Positions 8,408 through 17,374 are shown, counted from the stretch's first letter. The stretch is 64,000 nt of DNA from Lentisphaeria bacterium UBA1732 (GCA_002315855.1 DCIG01000050.1:24350-88349), one strand, 5' to 3'. Notes: a model not told the origin generated them from the letters alone. Translations and numbers: made by a program.

Positions 8408-9688
8408 ATGTACAATTCGATTATATGCCGGTACAATGAGATTGCCACAAAGGGCAACAACCGCTCCATGTTTGAAAATATGCTGATGCGCAACATGCGG
8501 ACGCTGATCAAGCCGGATATTCCTGAGATACTGCTCCGGAAAATGCGCGGACGCATTTACATTTACAAAGACGGGTTTACGGTTTTCACGGAAGAAGAGA
8601 AAGAAATGATTACGGAACGCCTGAAACGTGTTTTCGGGCTGGATTCATTTTCGTTCTGCATGGAGGGACCGCGAGAATTTGACGCTTTGATGCAAATGAT
8701 TCGTGATGAAGTGGTTCCGCTGTTTGAAGAACAGTTTGCAAAGGGCAATTCCGTGGTGAAATTCAGAACACGCGCCAGACGGTCCGACCATACATTTCCA
8801 ATGTGTTCCCGCGATATTGAAATCGAAGTGGCAACGATGCTGGAAAAAATCGTGGGAGAAGATCATCTGAAAGTGGATTTGACCGATCCCGATATTTCCA
8901 TCGGCGTGGAAATCCGCGAAAACAATTCCTCGGTCTTTCTGGAAACAGAAAAGGCGGCGGGCGGTCTTCCGGTGGGTTCCAATGCAGCTGTACTGGGATT
9001 GCTTTCCGGCGGAATCGATTCACCTGTGGCATGTGTCATGGCAATGCAGCGCGGATGCAGGATGGATTATCTGACCTTCCACAGTTATCCGTATACGCCA
9101 ATGGAATCGGTGGAAAAGGTCCTGCGGATTTCGCAAATTGTCAACCGGTGGCAGCCGCACGGGACATTGTTTGCGTGCAATCTTTCCGAAATCCAGAAGC
9201 TGATTCGCGACAACTGTGACCCGCGATGCCGGACTGTACTGTACCGCAGAATGATGATGCGAATTGCATCCATGCTCTGCCGGAAACGCAAACTCAGTGC
9301 CATTGTAACCGGTGAAGCCGTGGGACAAGTGGCAAGCCAGACCGTGGAAAATATGGGCGTCATCAATCAGACAGTGCCGGATTTGATTCTGCGTCCGCTG
9401 TGCGGCATGGACAAGAATGAAACCATCATCCGCGCAAGAAACATCGGGACTTTTGAAACATCCATTGAGCCAATGATTGACAGCTGCACCGTCTTCGCTC
9501 CGGACTCTCCGGTGCTCCATGCAAAACTGCCGCAGATCGAATATGAAGAAAGCAGAATACCGGATTTGCAGGCGGCACTGCAAGCGGCATACGATGACAT
9601 TGACATCGTTACAAATGACGAAAACGGTATGAAGCTGACGAAACTTTCCGGAAAGAAAGATTATCATGAAAATAATGATAATCAATGA
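8408..9688 (+). CDS. thiI: tRNA 4-thiouridine synthase ThiI (THUMP + PP-loop; no rhodanese domain)
   Basis: 426 aa starting RYNEIATKGNNR, with PP-loop LLSGGIDSPVA. AAAGGA RBS. Confidence 0.9.
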   Translation: MYNSIICRYNEIATKGNNRSMFENMLMRNMRTLIKPDIPEILLRKMRGRIYIYKDGFTVFTEEEKEMITERLKRVFGLDSFSFCMEGPREFDALMQMIRDEVVPLFEEQFAKGNSVVKFRTRARRSDHTFPMCSRDIEIEVATMLEKIVGEDHLKVDLTDPDISIGVEIRENNSSVFLETEKAAGGLPVGSNAAVLGLLSGGIDSPVACVMAMQRGCRMDYLTFHSYPYTPMESVEKVLRISQIVNRWQPHGTLFACNLSEIQKLIRDNCDPRCRTVLYRRMMMRIASMLCRKRKLSAIVTGEAVGQVASQTVENMGVINQTVPDLILRPLCGMDKNETIIRARNIGTFETSIEPMIDSCTVFAPDSPVLHAKLPQIEYEESRIPDLQAALQAAYDDIDIVTNDENGMKLTKLSGKKDYHENNDNQ

Positions 9689-9699
9689 TTTGTTATAAA

Positions 9700-9785
9700 T
9701 GACGGAACATTCGTCATTGACGGAAATATGACGGAATATCCGTTATTGACGGATAAAATGTCCGTTACAGATGACGTAATGACGG
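9700..9785. repeat. Array of six TGACGG/TGACGT motifs, several paired with CCGT as short palindromes
   Basis: TGACGG at 9700, 9718, 9729, 9747 and 9780; TGACGT at 9772. Palindromic units: cgtca-t-tgacg (9712-9722), tgacgga-atat-ccgtta (9729-9745), tgacgga-taaaatg-tccgtta (9747-9767). Confidence 0.6.
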
Positions 9786-9840
9786 TTATCCCGTAAATGA
9801 AGAAAAACCCAACAACATTAACCAATAAAGGAATGAAAAC

Positions 9841-10905
9841 ATGAAAAAAAGAACAGCTTTGTTCCTGGCAGCCATGACTGCAACGGGTATTCTGGCAACC
9901 TCCTGCGCCGGCGGACTCTTCAGTCAGAATGATGAAGGAACAATCACGACAGCAGAAGCACCGTCTGCAGAAATCCAGCAGAAATTCCGTAATGAATACG
10001 GCATTCTGAAACGGCTGGATATGGTTCAGCAGAATTTCGTCAACAAAGACGGCGACATCCATTACTGTCAGGGCGTTTACAATGCAGACAAGCCGGGCAA
10101 ATTTGCGATACTGGTGTTTCTGCACGGCGGCGGCGAAGGCGGAAATGAAAACCTGGCACAAATCCGTCTGGCCGTCAGCGAAATCGTGAAACACATGCGC
10201 GACGGCGGCCGCAAGGTCATCGTGCTGGCACCGCAATGCCCCGATGGGGAAATCTGGGCACAGCTTCACCGCGGCGGCGAAATGGCGGAAATGCGTGAAA
10301 AACCGTTTAAGACGGTGGGCATGATTCCTGCATTGATCAAAGCGAAAATCAAAGAATTTGACGCCGATGCGGATCGTGTGTATGCGACCGGACTTTCCAT
10401 GGGCGGTTACGGCACATGGGATTTGCTTCAGCGTTACGGCACAGATGTTTTCGCCGGCGGCATTGTCTGCTGCGGCGGAGCCGACCCGAACCGTGCCAAA
10501 AAGATGAAAAATCTGCCGGTATGGATTTTCCACGGAAACGCCGACAATGCAGTGCCGATTCAGCTTTCACGCTATCAGTACGTGAAGATGAGAGAAGCAG
10601 GAAACAACAACGTGTTCTTCCGCGAATATCCGGGCGTGGAACATAACTGCTGGGATCGCACTTACGCCAACGACGAAGTGTGGACCTGGCTCTTCTCCCA
10701 GAAGCGCGGTACAGTCTCCGGTGTGCGTCCTGCACAGGAAGCTGTTGTGCCTCCCACCGAGGAACAGTATGCTGAAGGATTCGGTTTTAACGGCGGTCCG
10801 AAGAGCAGATATCCGGATGGATTCCTACCGCCGTTCCCCAGTGATGAGCAGCTGAAGAAGGCGGGTTTCACCCGCGCAAATGCTTTCGGCGGAAATCAGC
10901 GCTGA
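9841..10905 (+). CDS. Secreted alpha/beta-hydrolase (esterase or predicted peptidase type), probable lipoprotein
   Basis: Signal peptide with ...LATSC, nucleophile elbow GLSMGGYGTW, FLHGGGEGGNEN and FHGNADNAVP motifs. Confidence 0.65.
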   Translation: MKKRTALFLAAMTATGILATSCAGGLFSQNDEGTITTAEAPSAEIQQKFRNEYGILKRLDMVQQNFVNKDGDIHYCQGVYNADKPGKFAILVFLHGGGEGGNENLAQIRLAVSEIVKHMRDGGRKVIVLAPQCPDGEIWAQLHRGGEMAEMREKPFKTVGMIPALIKAKIKEFDADADRVYATGLSMGGYGTWDLLQRYGTDVFAGGIVCCGGADPNRAKKMKNLPVWIFHGNADNAVPIQLSRYQYVKMREAGNNNVFFREYPGVEHNCWDRTYANDEVWTWLFSQKRGTVSGVRPAQEAVVPPTEEQYAEGFGFNGGPKSRYPDGFLPPFPSDEQLKKAGFTRANAFGGNQR

Positions 10906-10998
10906 ATTTGAGGGTATTTCCATTCACCTTTATTCCGTCTGTGTCCGGTGCTTGCCGGGCATAGATGGAGAACCAAAAGACAGGAGCTGATTTTTGCC

Positions 10999-11226
10999 AT
11001 GAAACTGTTTCGGATGATTGCATCATTTGCACGAAAAAATTACATGTTTCTGCTGCTTCTGCTTATAATTGCCGCATTTCTGTGGGGTATGAGGAAAAAA
11101 GAAGTGCCGGCGGCAGAGCCTGAACACCATAATCCGCAGGCTGTTCAGCGCGACTCGGAATCAGGCGATGTAAACAATGGAGCCAAAACGATTGAAAATG
11201 GCTCAATGCTCAATGATTTAAAATAA
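10999..11226 (+). CDS. Small hypothetical membrane protein (75 aa)
   Basis: ATG 10999 is preceded by AGGAG (10982-10986). One hydrophobic helix (MFLLLLLIIAAFLWG). No recognisable family. Confidence 0.3.
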   Translation: MKLFRMIASFARKNYMFLLLLLIIAAFLWGMRKKEVPAAEPEHHNPQAVQRDSESGDVNNGAKTIENGSMLNDLK

Positions 11227-11228
11227 AA

Positions 11229-11302
11229 TGGAGCGGGCGACCGGAATCGAACCGGCGTGGCCAGCTTGGGAAGCTGGAGCATAACCATTTTGCTACGCCC
11301 GC
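11229..11302 (-). tRNA. tRNA-Gly (anticodon CCC)
   Basis: Reverse complement is GCGGGCGTAGCAAAATGGTTATGCTCCAGCTTCCCAAGCTGGCCACGCCGGTTCGATTCCGGTCGCCCGCTCCA. It folds as a cloverleaf with anticodon loop TTCCCAA, a GGTTCGATTCC T-arm and an encoded CCA. Confidence 0.92.
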
Positions 11303-11317
11303 ATAATGAGTTTATAT

Positions 11318-11346
11318 AAAATACATCATTTTTGAAGAAAAATCAA
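11318..11346 (-). promoter_or_regulatory. Promoter for tRNA-Gly
   Basis: Minus strand: -35 TTGATT (complement of 11341-11346), 17 nt, -10 TATTTT (complement of 11318-11323). About 15 nt upstream of the tRNA 5' end. Confidence 0.55.
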
Positions 11347-11450
11347 GTTAAAAAAACAGCTATCCTGTAAAAAAGTGGAGTTTTTCGGGAAAACATAAAA
11401 GATGGATTCGGATAAATGGCGATTTTGTTCCCTGTGTTTTCAGTTTTGAT

Positions 11451-11479
11451 TTGATTCTGGTGAAATCTTATGCTATATT
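11451..11479 (+). promoter_or_regulatory. Promoter for the LptF/G-family permease gene
   Basis: -35 TTGATT 11451-11456, 17 nt, -10 TATATT 11474-11479. Divergent from the tRNA-Gly promoter. Confidence 0.6.
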
Positions 11480-11552
11480 ATATAAAACGAGAGACACTCC
11501 GTATGATTCATTTTCGCACCTGATGAAACCCCGGAACCCCTGAAAAAGCGTT

Positions 11553-12659
11553 ATGTTTATTCTCAACTGGTACATCGTCAAAAACTTCCTCGCCACATTT
11601 CTGATGGCGATATTGGTGCTTACGTTCCTCATGACCGGCAACAACATCATGAAGATCGTGGACTATATGACGCAAGGTGTTCCGGCCGCCACTGCATTTG
11701 AATTTCTGCTTCTGTCCATGCCGATGGTGATGGCTTTCACGATTCCGTGGGCGGCACTGGTGTCCATCATGCTTGTTTTCGGGCGTATGTCCGCAGATAA
11801 TGAAATCACCTCCATGCGTGCCTGCGGGATTTCCATTTTGCAGATTATTTCACCGCTGCTGGTGCTGATGTTTGCGCTGACCTGCCTGTGCCTGTATATT
11901 CAGATGGAAGTCGGACCGCCGTCTCTTGGCAAGGCGCGCACCCTCATCAAAAGCGCGGCGGCATCGTCTCCGCTGGCGTTTTTCACGCCGGGTATCCCTG
12001 TGGAAATCAGCGGCCTGAAGGTGTATATCGACAGCAAGGATTCCGACGGCAATATCTATGGCATTCAGATTTACGTACCGAACAGCGACGGTTCCACCAA
12101 GCAGGACATCATGGCGACCCGCGGGCGCATTGAGAGCGACCCCGAAACGCAGGATATGCGCATTCTCCTGTATGATGCGCTGATTGAAACGACCGAAGGA
12201 AGCGATGGCGACCGCAAGAAAGTCTATGCGTTCTCCGAAGAAAGCGATATTCAGCTGCCGTTCGGGACGCGCTACAATACGCGAAACGTGTCCGTCGATG
12301 ACAAATATCTTTCCTACCGCGGACTTTTCGCACGTTCCGCACTCCTGCAGGAACAAGGCGCCAGCCGTGAAAAACTCACTGCCATCGACGTGGAAATCAA
12401 CCAGCGAATCGCATTGTCTCTGGGACCGATCGCATTTCTGCTTCTGGGTCTGCCGCTGGCAATCCGGACCAGTCGCCGCGAAACATCCATCGGCTTGATT
12501 CTGAGCGTGATTCTTGCGGCACTGTATTATTGCGGGATTCTGGTATCGGATGCACTCCGCAACCATCCGAATCTGTATCCGCAGTATATCGTATGGATTC
12601 CGCCGATTCTCTTCCAGTTATTCGGCATCATTTATCTGTCCAGTATCGCCCGCAAATAG
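11553..12659 (+). CDS. LPS export ABC transporter permease, LptF/LptG (YjgP/YjgQ) family
   Basis: 368 aa starting MFILNWYIVKNFLATFLMAILVLTFL. Three N-terminal TM segments, a large periplasmic insert and three C-terminal TM segments, as in YjgP/YjgQ proteins. Confidence 0.8.
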   Translation: MFILNWYIVKNFLATFLMAILVLTFLMTGNNIMKIVDYMTQGVPAATAFEFLLLSMPMVMAFTIPWAALVSIMLVFGRMSADNEITSMRACGISILQIISPLLVLMFALTCLCLYIQMEVGPPSLGKARTLIKSAAASSPLAFFTPGIPVEISGLKVYIDSKDSDGNIYGIQIYVPNSDGSTKQDIMATRGRIESDPETQDMRILLYDALIETTEGSDGDRKKVYAFSEESDIQLPFGTRYNTRNVSVDDKYLSYRGLFARSALLQEQGASREKLTAIDVEINQRIALSLGPIAFLLLGLPLAIRTSRRETSIGLILSVILAALYYCGILVSDALRNHPNLYPQYIVWIPPILFQLFGIIYLSSIARK

Positions 12660-12686
12660 TTTTTCCCGGTGCGAAATAATAAAACT

Positions 12687-12735
12687 GCTCCATAATTTTC
12701 TTGATGAAAGAGAGTTATGGAGCAAGTTCTTTTTT
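12687..12735 (+). terminator. Intrinsic terminator after the permease gene
   Basis: Stem gctccataa (12687-12695) pairs with ttatggagc (12715-12723), followed by a T-run at 12729-12735. The loop is rather large. Confidence 0.5.
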
Positions 12736-12785
12736 ATGGCGGAGCAGTTTTTCAAGACGGAAATTTTCAGAACTGCTTTCCGATG

Positions 12786-13073
12786 TCATTGACGGAGAGA
12801 TTGGGCGTCAGCACATTCTTTCTGCCAATTTTCCCCGGCTTCATTGTCCTGCGGATGGACAAAACGATGGTATAGTTCCATGAGAGTCTGCAATGCTGTT
12901 TCCGGTGTAAAATCGGGAATAAAGAGGGCTTTGTCATATAATTCCGATGTCACTGACGGTTTTTTTTGAGCTTGTTCTGTTAATTTACTTTTATTTGTAC
13001 AAAAGTCAAGTTTTGGCGGGCTGTTATCCAAAGCAAATCTGTATGAAAATGCGTTTGCGGACTCATTAATCAT
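12786..13073 (-). CDS. Hypothetical 95-aa ORF straddling the AT-rich island boundary (possibly chimeric or non-coding)
   Basis: AAAGGA RBS before ATG 13073. The first ~40 codons are AT-rich and the rest has host-like composition. No recognisable motifs. Confidence 0.2.
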   Translation of the reverse strand: MINESANAFSYRFALDNSPPKLDFCTNKSKLTEQAQKKPSVTSELYDKALFIPDFTPETALQTLMELYHRFVHPQDNEAGENWQKECADAQSLRQ

Positions 13074-13146
13074 TGTGTTTCCTTTATTGAAAAAGGATTC
13101 AAATTTTTTTACGATGTAAGTGATTGTAATATAAAAATGTGGTAAA

Positions 13147-13860
13147 TTAATGATTTACATAGGCTTTATCAAAAATTTCATTTATAAATGCAATGCTCTT
13201 TCGATTCAAGGTTTTTTGACATAATTTATTTAATACAACTGGAAGAATAATGAATAACTCTTCTAGTGCACCTTCTTTTCCACTTGCAAGATCATAAAAA
13301 CGTTTGCCATCAATCATTCTGATTTTTGAATCCTGTTTACAATGTTCTCCTGTTGATGGATCTGATGGGAAAAACATGTTATTAACACCTTCTGGTGATT
13401 TCGGAACAATCATAACATAATAGGCAGTATAACCTCTGAAAAAACTTGTCTTGCTGTTGACCATTTCAGATAGTTTTCTATACAAAGTAACAAGCCCATC
13501 TGCATTAAGAGTATTGTGTTTATTTTTAATATCAGCGATTATTTTTTGTTTTTGGTTAAGAAGGTCAACTTGATTTGAAGTTTGTAGGTCAAACCATCCA
13601 TTTATATTTCCTAAAATTTGTTGATGAAATAGTCCAATAGCATTAGATAAAGCCTTATCAAGTTGCCGATTGATTTCGTTATTCTTCCATTCTTCCGCAG
13701 ATAAATCAAACAATGCCATCGAAAATGCAACTCCAAACGGATCGCAAACATTTCGGCTAAACTTTTTTTCAGCATTAATTTGTCCTTGCCGAACGGAAAG
13801 GATTAAATTATTACATGCTTCCGTAAGTTTTTCATCTGAAATCCATGATAAGTATGACAT
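13147..13860 (-). CDS. Type II restriction endonuclease, Eco47II-like (family guess)
   Basis: 237-aa AT-rich ORF directly downstream of a C5 methyltransferase. Motifs DPFGVAF, NAIGLFHQQILG and ADIKNKHNT match my memory of the RE_Eco47II family, and its length is close to the ~239 aa I recall for R.Eco47II. Not verifiable here. Confidence 0.6.
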   Translation of the reverse strand: MSYLSWISDEKLTEACNNLILSVRQGQINAEKKFSRNVCDPFGVAFSMALFDLSAEEWKNNEINRQLDKALSNAIGLFHQQILGNINGWFDLQTSNQVDLLNQKQKIIADIKNKHNTLNADGLVTLYRKLSEMVNSKTSFFRGYTAYYVMIVPKSPEGVNNMFFPSDPSTGEHCKQDSKIRMIDGKRFYDLASGKEGALEELFIILPVVLNKLCQKTLNRKSIAFINEIFDKAYVNH

Positions 13861-13924
13861 TTTTTCTCCTTCGGGTTAGAAATTCGAAAGATAATATAAT
13901 CTTGTTTTTTGTAGTTTCAAGGTA

Positions 13925-15166
13925 TTATTCAATAATATTTAACATTCTAACCAAAGCACGCCCCATTGCATAAGCTAAATTTACAGGGACTGCATTCCCA
14001 ATTTGTTTATAAATGCTACTAATTGACCCAATAAATTCCCAATCATCGGGAAATGTTTGTATTCGAGCATATTCCCGTGTTGTAAGAGGTCTTGTCTCGT
14101 CAGGATGGCATCGTTCTGTTTGTTTTTGAGCAGGAGCACATGTTAGCGTTAGACTTGGCTCATCCCATGAAAGGCGACGTGCCATCCCTGTTTTTCCACC
14201 CTCAAGATAAAAGCTGCCTTTCATATATTCTTTTTGTAATTCGATAGGTAAGTCTCTCCAATATCCTCCCGGAGGAACAAATGAAAGAATTTCTTCCTTT
14301 CTTTTTGGATATTTTTGTCCTGGAGAAGGAGGGCAATCAGAATCATAAAGTATTCCCTTTTTTAATGCATCTTTAAGGGTAAGAATTCTTTCATATGGAG
14401 ATGGCCAAGAAAATTTTAGTTTATCTGCAAGATCATTTCTTATTCCAACCAAAAAGAGGCGTTCCCTTTTCTGAGGAACCATGTAAAAAATGGCTTTTAG
14501 AAATTGAGGTTCAACAAGAGTATAGCCAATTTCTTTAATAACATCTTTAATTGTTTGAATTGTTTTTCCGTTATTGTGATCAAGCAGTCCTCTAACATTT
14601 TCACCTAAAAATATTTTTGGCTGTACCTCTTTTACAACTCTGGCAAATTGATAAAAAAGTGTCCCACGTGTATCTTCAAAACCAAGTTTTTTCCCAGCAT
14701 ATGAGAATGCCTGACAAGGAAATCCTCCAGAAACCATATCAATTTGTCCCTTATATTTTTCAAAAGAAATCAAAGAAACATCCCCCTGAACAACGTTCCA
14801 GTTTGGACGATTTTTTTTAAGTGTCCAACATGCATCAGGAACGAGCTCATTAAGCATAATATGACAAAATCCTGCTTTTTCCAATCCTAATGCTAATCCA
14901 CCTGCTCCGGCAAAAAGTTCTATGTCAGTATATTTTCTGTGAGGCTTGGTTTTTAATTCATTATTCCAATTTGTGTTAAACATGACTTTTGCTTCATCAA
15001 ATAAAAGAAGCTGTTCTTTTTCATATACGCGATAATTGTTTTTGGGATGTCGAACTGGCTTCAGTTTTCCATTGTTATCCCACCGTCTTAAAGTTTCCTT
15101 TGAGACAGAAAGCATATCTGCAACTTCTGAAATAGAAAAAAAAGATTGGGTTAGAGTTGTGCCCAT
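13925..15166 (-). CDS. DNA (cytosine-5) methyltransferase with N-terminal MerR/excisionase-type HTH
   Basis: C5-MTase motifs I ELFAGAGGLALG, IV GGFPCQAFS, VI LGENVRGL, VIII QKRERLFLVG and X GNAVPV. The N-terminal FSISEVADMLSVSKETLRRWDNNGKLKP is a MerR-like HTH. Confidence 0.92.
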   Translation of the reverse strand: MGTTLTQSFFSISEVADMLSVSKETLRRWDNNGKLKPVRHPKNNYRVYEKEQLLLFDEAKVMFNTNWNNELKTKPHRKYTDIELFAGAGGLALGLEKAGFCHIMLNELVPDACWTLKKNRPNWNVVQGDVSLISFEKYKGQIDMVSGGFPCQAFSYAGKKLGFEDTRGTLFYQFARVVKEVQPKIFLGENVRGLLDHNNGKTIQTIKDVIKEIGYTLVEPQFLKAIFYMVPQKRERLFLVGIRNDLADKLKFSWPSPYERILTLKDALKKGILYDSDCPPSPGQKYPKRKEEILSFVPPGGYWRDLPIELQKEYMKGSFYLEGGKTGMARRLSWDEPSLTLTCAPAQKQTERCHPDETRPLTTREYARIQTFPDDWEFIGSISSIYKQIGNAVPVNLAYAMGRALVRMLNIIE

Positions 15167-15192
15167 GATGAATTCCTTTCAATGATATAAAC

Positions 15193-15234
15193 ATTATACA
15201 TGGTTACTATACATTTATAACCGTATTATTTCAA
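15193..15234 (-). promoter_or_regulatory. Promoter region of the methyltransferase (two overlapping candidates)
   Basis: Minus strand: -35 TTGAAA (complement of 15229-15234), 17 nt, -10 TATAGT (complement of 15206-15211); plus an extended -10 TGTATAAT (complement of 15193-15200). The short inverted repeat GGTTA/TAACC (15202-15206 / 15218-15222) overlaps them. Confidence 0.55.
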
Positions 15235-15255
15235 GTAAAAAATTAAAATAATGAT

Positions 15256-15289
15256 AAAAAAAGCGGTCCATTCCTGCGAACAGACCGCT
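15256..15289 (-). terminator. Intrinsic terminator of the GH51 gene
   Basis: Minus strand: agcggtc-N14-gaccgct followed by a T-run (A-run at 15256-15262 on the + strand). Confidence 0.7.
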
Positions 15290-15322
15290 TTGTATAACAG
15301 TGTAATTGCGCAGCCGGAGCGA

Positions 15323-17374
15323 TTATTTCGCGCGGATACGGATGACACTCATGGAGCGCGGCTGGCAAACAACTTTGAAGTTTCTGCCAAGTGCGACTTC
15401 ATCATTGGTCATGGAATACTGTGTGGAATTCCATGTACCGGTGATGGTGGTGCGTGTACCGACGTTGCTGAGAGAGCCGATGATATTGGTCAGATCGACA
15501 GACATATCAAATGCTTTTTCAGTTACGTTGACGAGCTTGATGATGACATCGCCCTGACCATCTTTGCCATCGCGAACCACAGAGGCAACCATCTTGCGTT
15601 CGAAGTCGGCGGGAACCTGTTCATCGAATCTGATCTGGTTGGTAACATAACGGACGCCGGCATTATTGCCGAAGAGCTTCTGGACTTCGTAAGTGGTGGT
15701 GGATTTGACTTCCTTGTTGTTGAAAGGAATCATATCCGGATACCACTGGGTGTTGCCTTCCTTGTGGACCAGCGGGGCATAGGAGGTCATGACCACGACA
15801 TCGCCGTTGCGTTCAACGCCGGCCAGGAAGACGGCTTCATCCAAAGCAGTTTCGACTGTGTTGCGGCGGGTGCGCTGACCGCGTTCATGTGCGGCGTATT
15901 CACCGGCATAAACTTTCACGCTGCCGCGTTCATATTTGTCATAACGATGGTAACCGTTATCCACGAACCAGTTCGGTTCCATGTAGAAGTGTTCGTCAAC
16001 GATGGGAATGTTTTCCTGACGAGCGAAATTCCATCCGTTGTTGAAGTCATTGCCGGAAGCACCAGGGCCGACGGTACCGACAACGATGATTTCCGGGCAT
16101 TTCTTCTTGAGTTCATCGAAAACCATTTTGAAGCGGGCGCGGAAGGCATCAGTGATGGCTTCTTCGTTGCCGAGTCCGAGGTATTTCAGGTTGAAGGGTT
16201 TCGGATGTCCCATTTCAGCGCGGAGCTTGCCCCATTTGGTAGTAACAGGACCGTTGGCAAATTCGACCAGGTTCAGGGCTTCATCAACGATGTATTTCAT
16301 TTCTTCCATCGGAACGGCCTGCTGTCCGCCGCTGAACTGGCAGTCAACGCCGCAGGAGAGAATCGGCAGCGGATGAGCGCCGATGTCTTCGCAGAAGAGG
16401 AAGTATTCATAGTAGCCGAGACCGCGTGTCTGGTGATAGCCCCAGCGGTTGTGAATCGGAACACGGTCTTCCAGCTTGCCGACGGATTCGGACCAGTAAT
16501 ACACGTCATGTTTACCGCGTTCACCGGGGACGAGTCCGCTGTGAATCTTACCGTCTTTGCCGCGGGGCAGGTCGCCGTGAGCAACGCAGCCGCCGGGGAA
16601 GCGGACGAATGTCGGCTTCAGGTCAGCGATAGCCTGCGCCAGATCTTTGCGGAGACCATTCTTGCGGCCTTTGAAAGTGTCCTGCGGGAACAGGGAAACC
16701 ATATCCAGACCGACTTTGCCTTTCTTTTCCGGCGTAATGGAAAGCTGTGCTTTGTCGCAGTTGGCATCGGCTTCAATGGTTGCAGTCAAGGTGGTCCATT
16801 CACCGGATTTGACGGTAACGGTTTCGGACCCGATGTCTTTTCCGTTTTCGTCAATCAGTTTGACGAGCAGGGTCTGAGGAGCATTTTCAAAGTTTTTGGC
16901 AAACACGGAGAAATCGTATTTTGCATCTTCCTTGACGCAAATGCCGCCGAAGCCTTCATTGATGAGGCTTGCACCCGGTTCCGTGGTGGTCAGTACAGCG
17001 TAATTCTTGTTGTTGACGCTGATGGGATTTTCCACAGAGGTGTCGAAAGAAGTGCCTGTGCCCTTGAGCGACCATGCGGTCTTGGCATTCCAGTTGCGGT
17101 CATCACCGATTGCCGCGGAAAATTCAAAGTCGCGGTTGCGAACGAGTTCTGCATACAGACCGCCGTCTGCACCATAGTTGATGTCTTCAAAGAAAACACC
17201 GAACATGGTGTCGGAAATCAGTTTGGTGGAAGCGAGATTGATGGTCAGATTTGCTTTGACCGCTCCTTCGGGAACGGCATCTGCTGCCATGCTCTGTGTG
17301 GCGAAACCAGTCAATGCGATGACAGCTGCAGTAACAGTTGCTGCGACAGGTTTACGGGTAATGTGGGGCATCAT
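15323..17374 (-). CDS. Alpha-L-arabinofuranosidase, GH51 (long form with N-terminal CBM-like domain)
   Basis: 683 aa with GGLYAELVRNRDFEF, YLGLGNEE (acid/base Glu), VYAGEYA (nucleophile Glu) and WGYHQTRGLGYYEYF. N-terminal signal sequence. Confidence 0.85.
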   Translation of the reverse strand: MMPHITRKPVAATVTAAVIALTGFATQSMAADAVPEGAVKANLTINLASTKLISDTMFGVFFEDINYGADGGLYAELVRNRDFEFSAAIGDDRNWNAKTAWSLKGTGTSFDTSVENPISVNNKNYAVLTTTEPGASLINEGFGGICVKEDAKYDFSVFAKNFENAPQTLLVKLIDENGKDIGSETVTVKSGEWTTLTATIEADANCDKAQLSITPEKKGKVGLDMVSLFPQDTFKGRKNGLRKDLAQAIADLKPTFVRFPGGCVAHGDLPRGKDGKIHSGLVPGERGKHDVYYWSESVGKLEDRVPIHNRWGYHQTRGLGYYEYFLFCEDIGAHPLPILSCGVDCQFSGGQQAVPMEEMKYIVDEALNLVEFANGPVTTKWGKLRAEMGHPKPFNLKYLGLGNEEAITDAFRARFKMVFDELKKKCPEIIVVGTVGPGASGNDFNNGWNFARQENIPIVDEHFYMEPNWFVDNGYHRYDKYERGSVKVYAGEYAAHERGQRTRRNTVETALDEAVFLAGVERNGDVVVMTSYAPLVHKEGNTQWYPDMIPFNNKEVKSTTTYEVQKLFGNNAGVRYVTNQIRFDEQVPADFERKMVASVVRDGKDGQGDVIIKLVNVTEKAFDMSVDLTNIIGSLSNVGTRTTITGTWNSTQYSMTNDEVALGRNFKVVCQPRSMSVIRIRAK

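Noticed and set aside
9682-10533. 283-aa minus-strand ORF overlapping the thiI end, the TGACGG array and the esterase gene
   Set aside because: It is antisense to a well-supported esterase CDS, has no motifs, and crosses an obviously non-coding repeat array.
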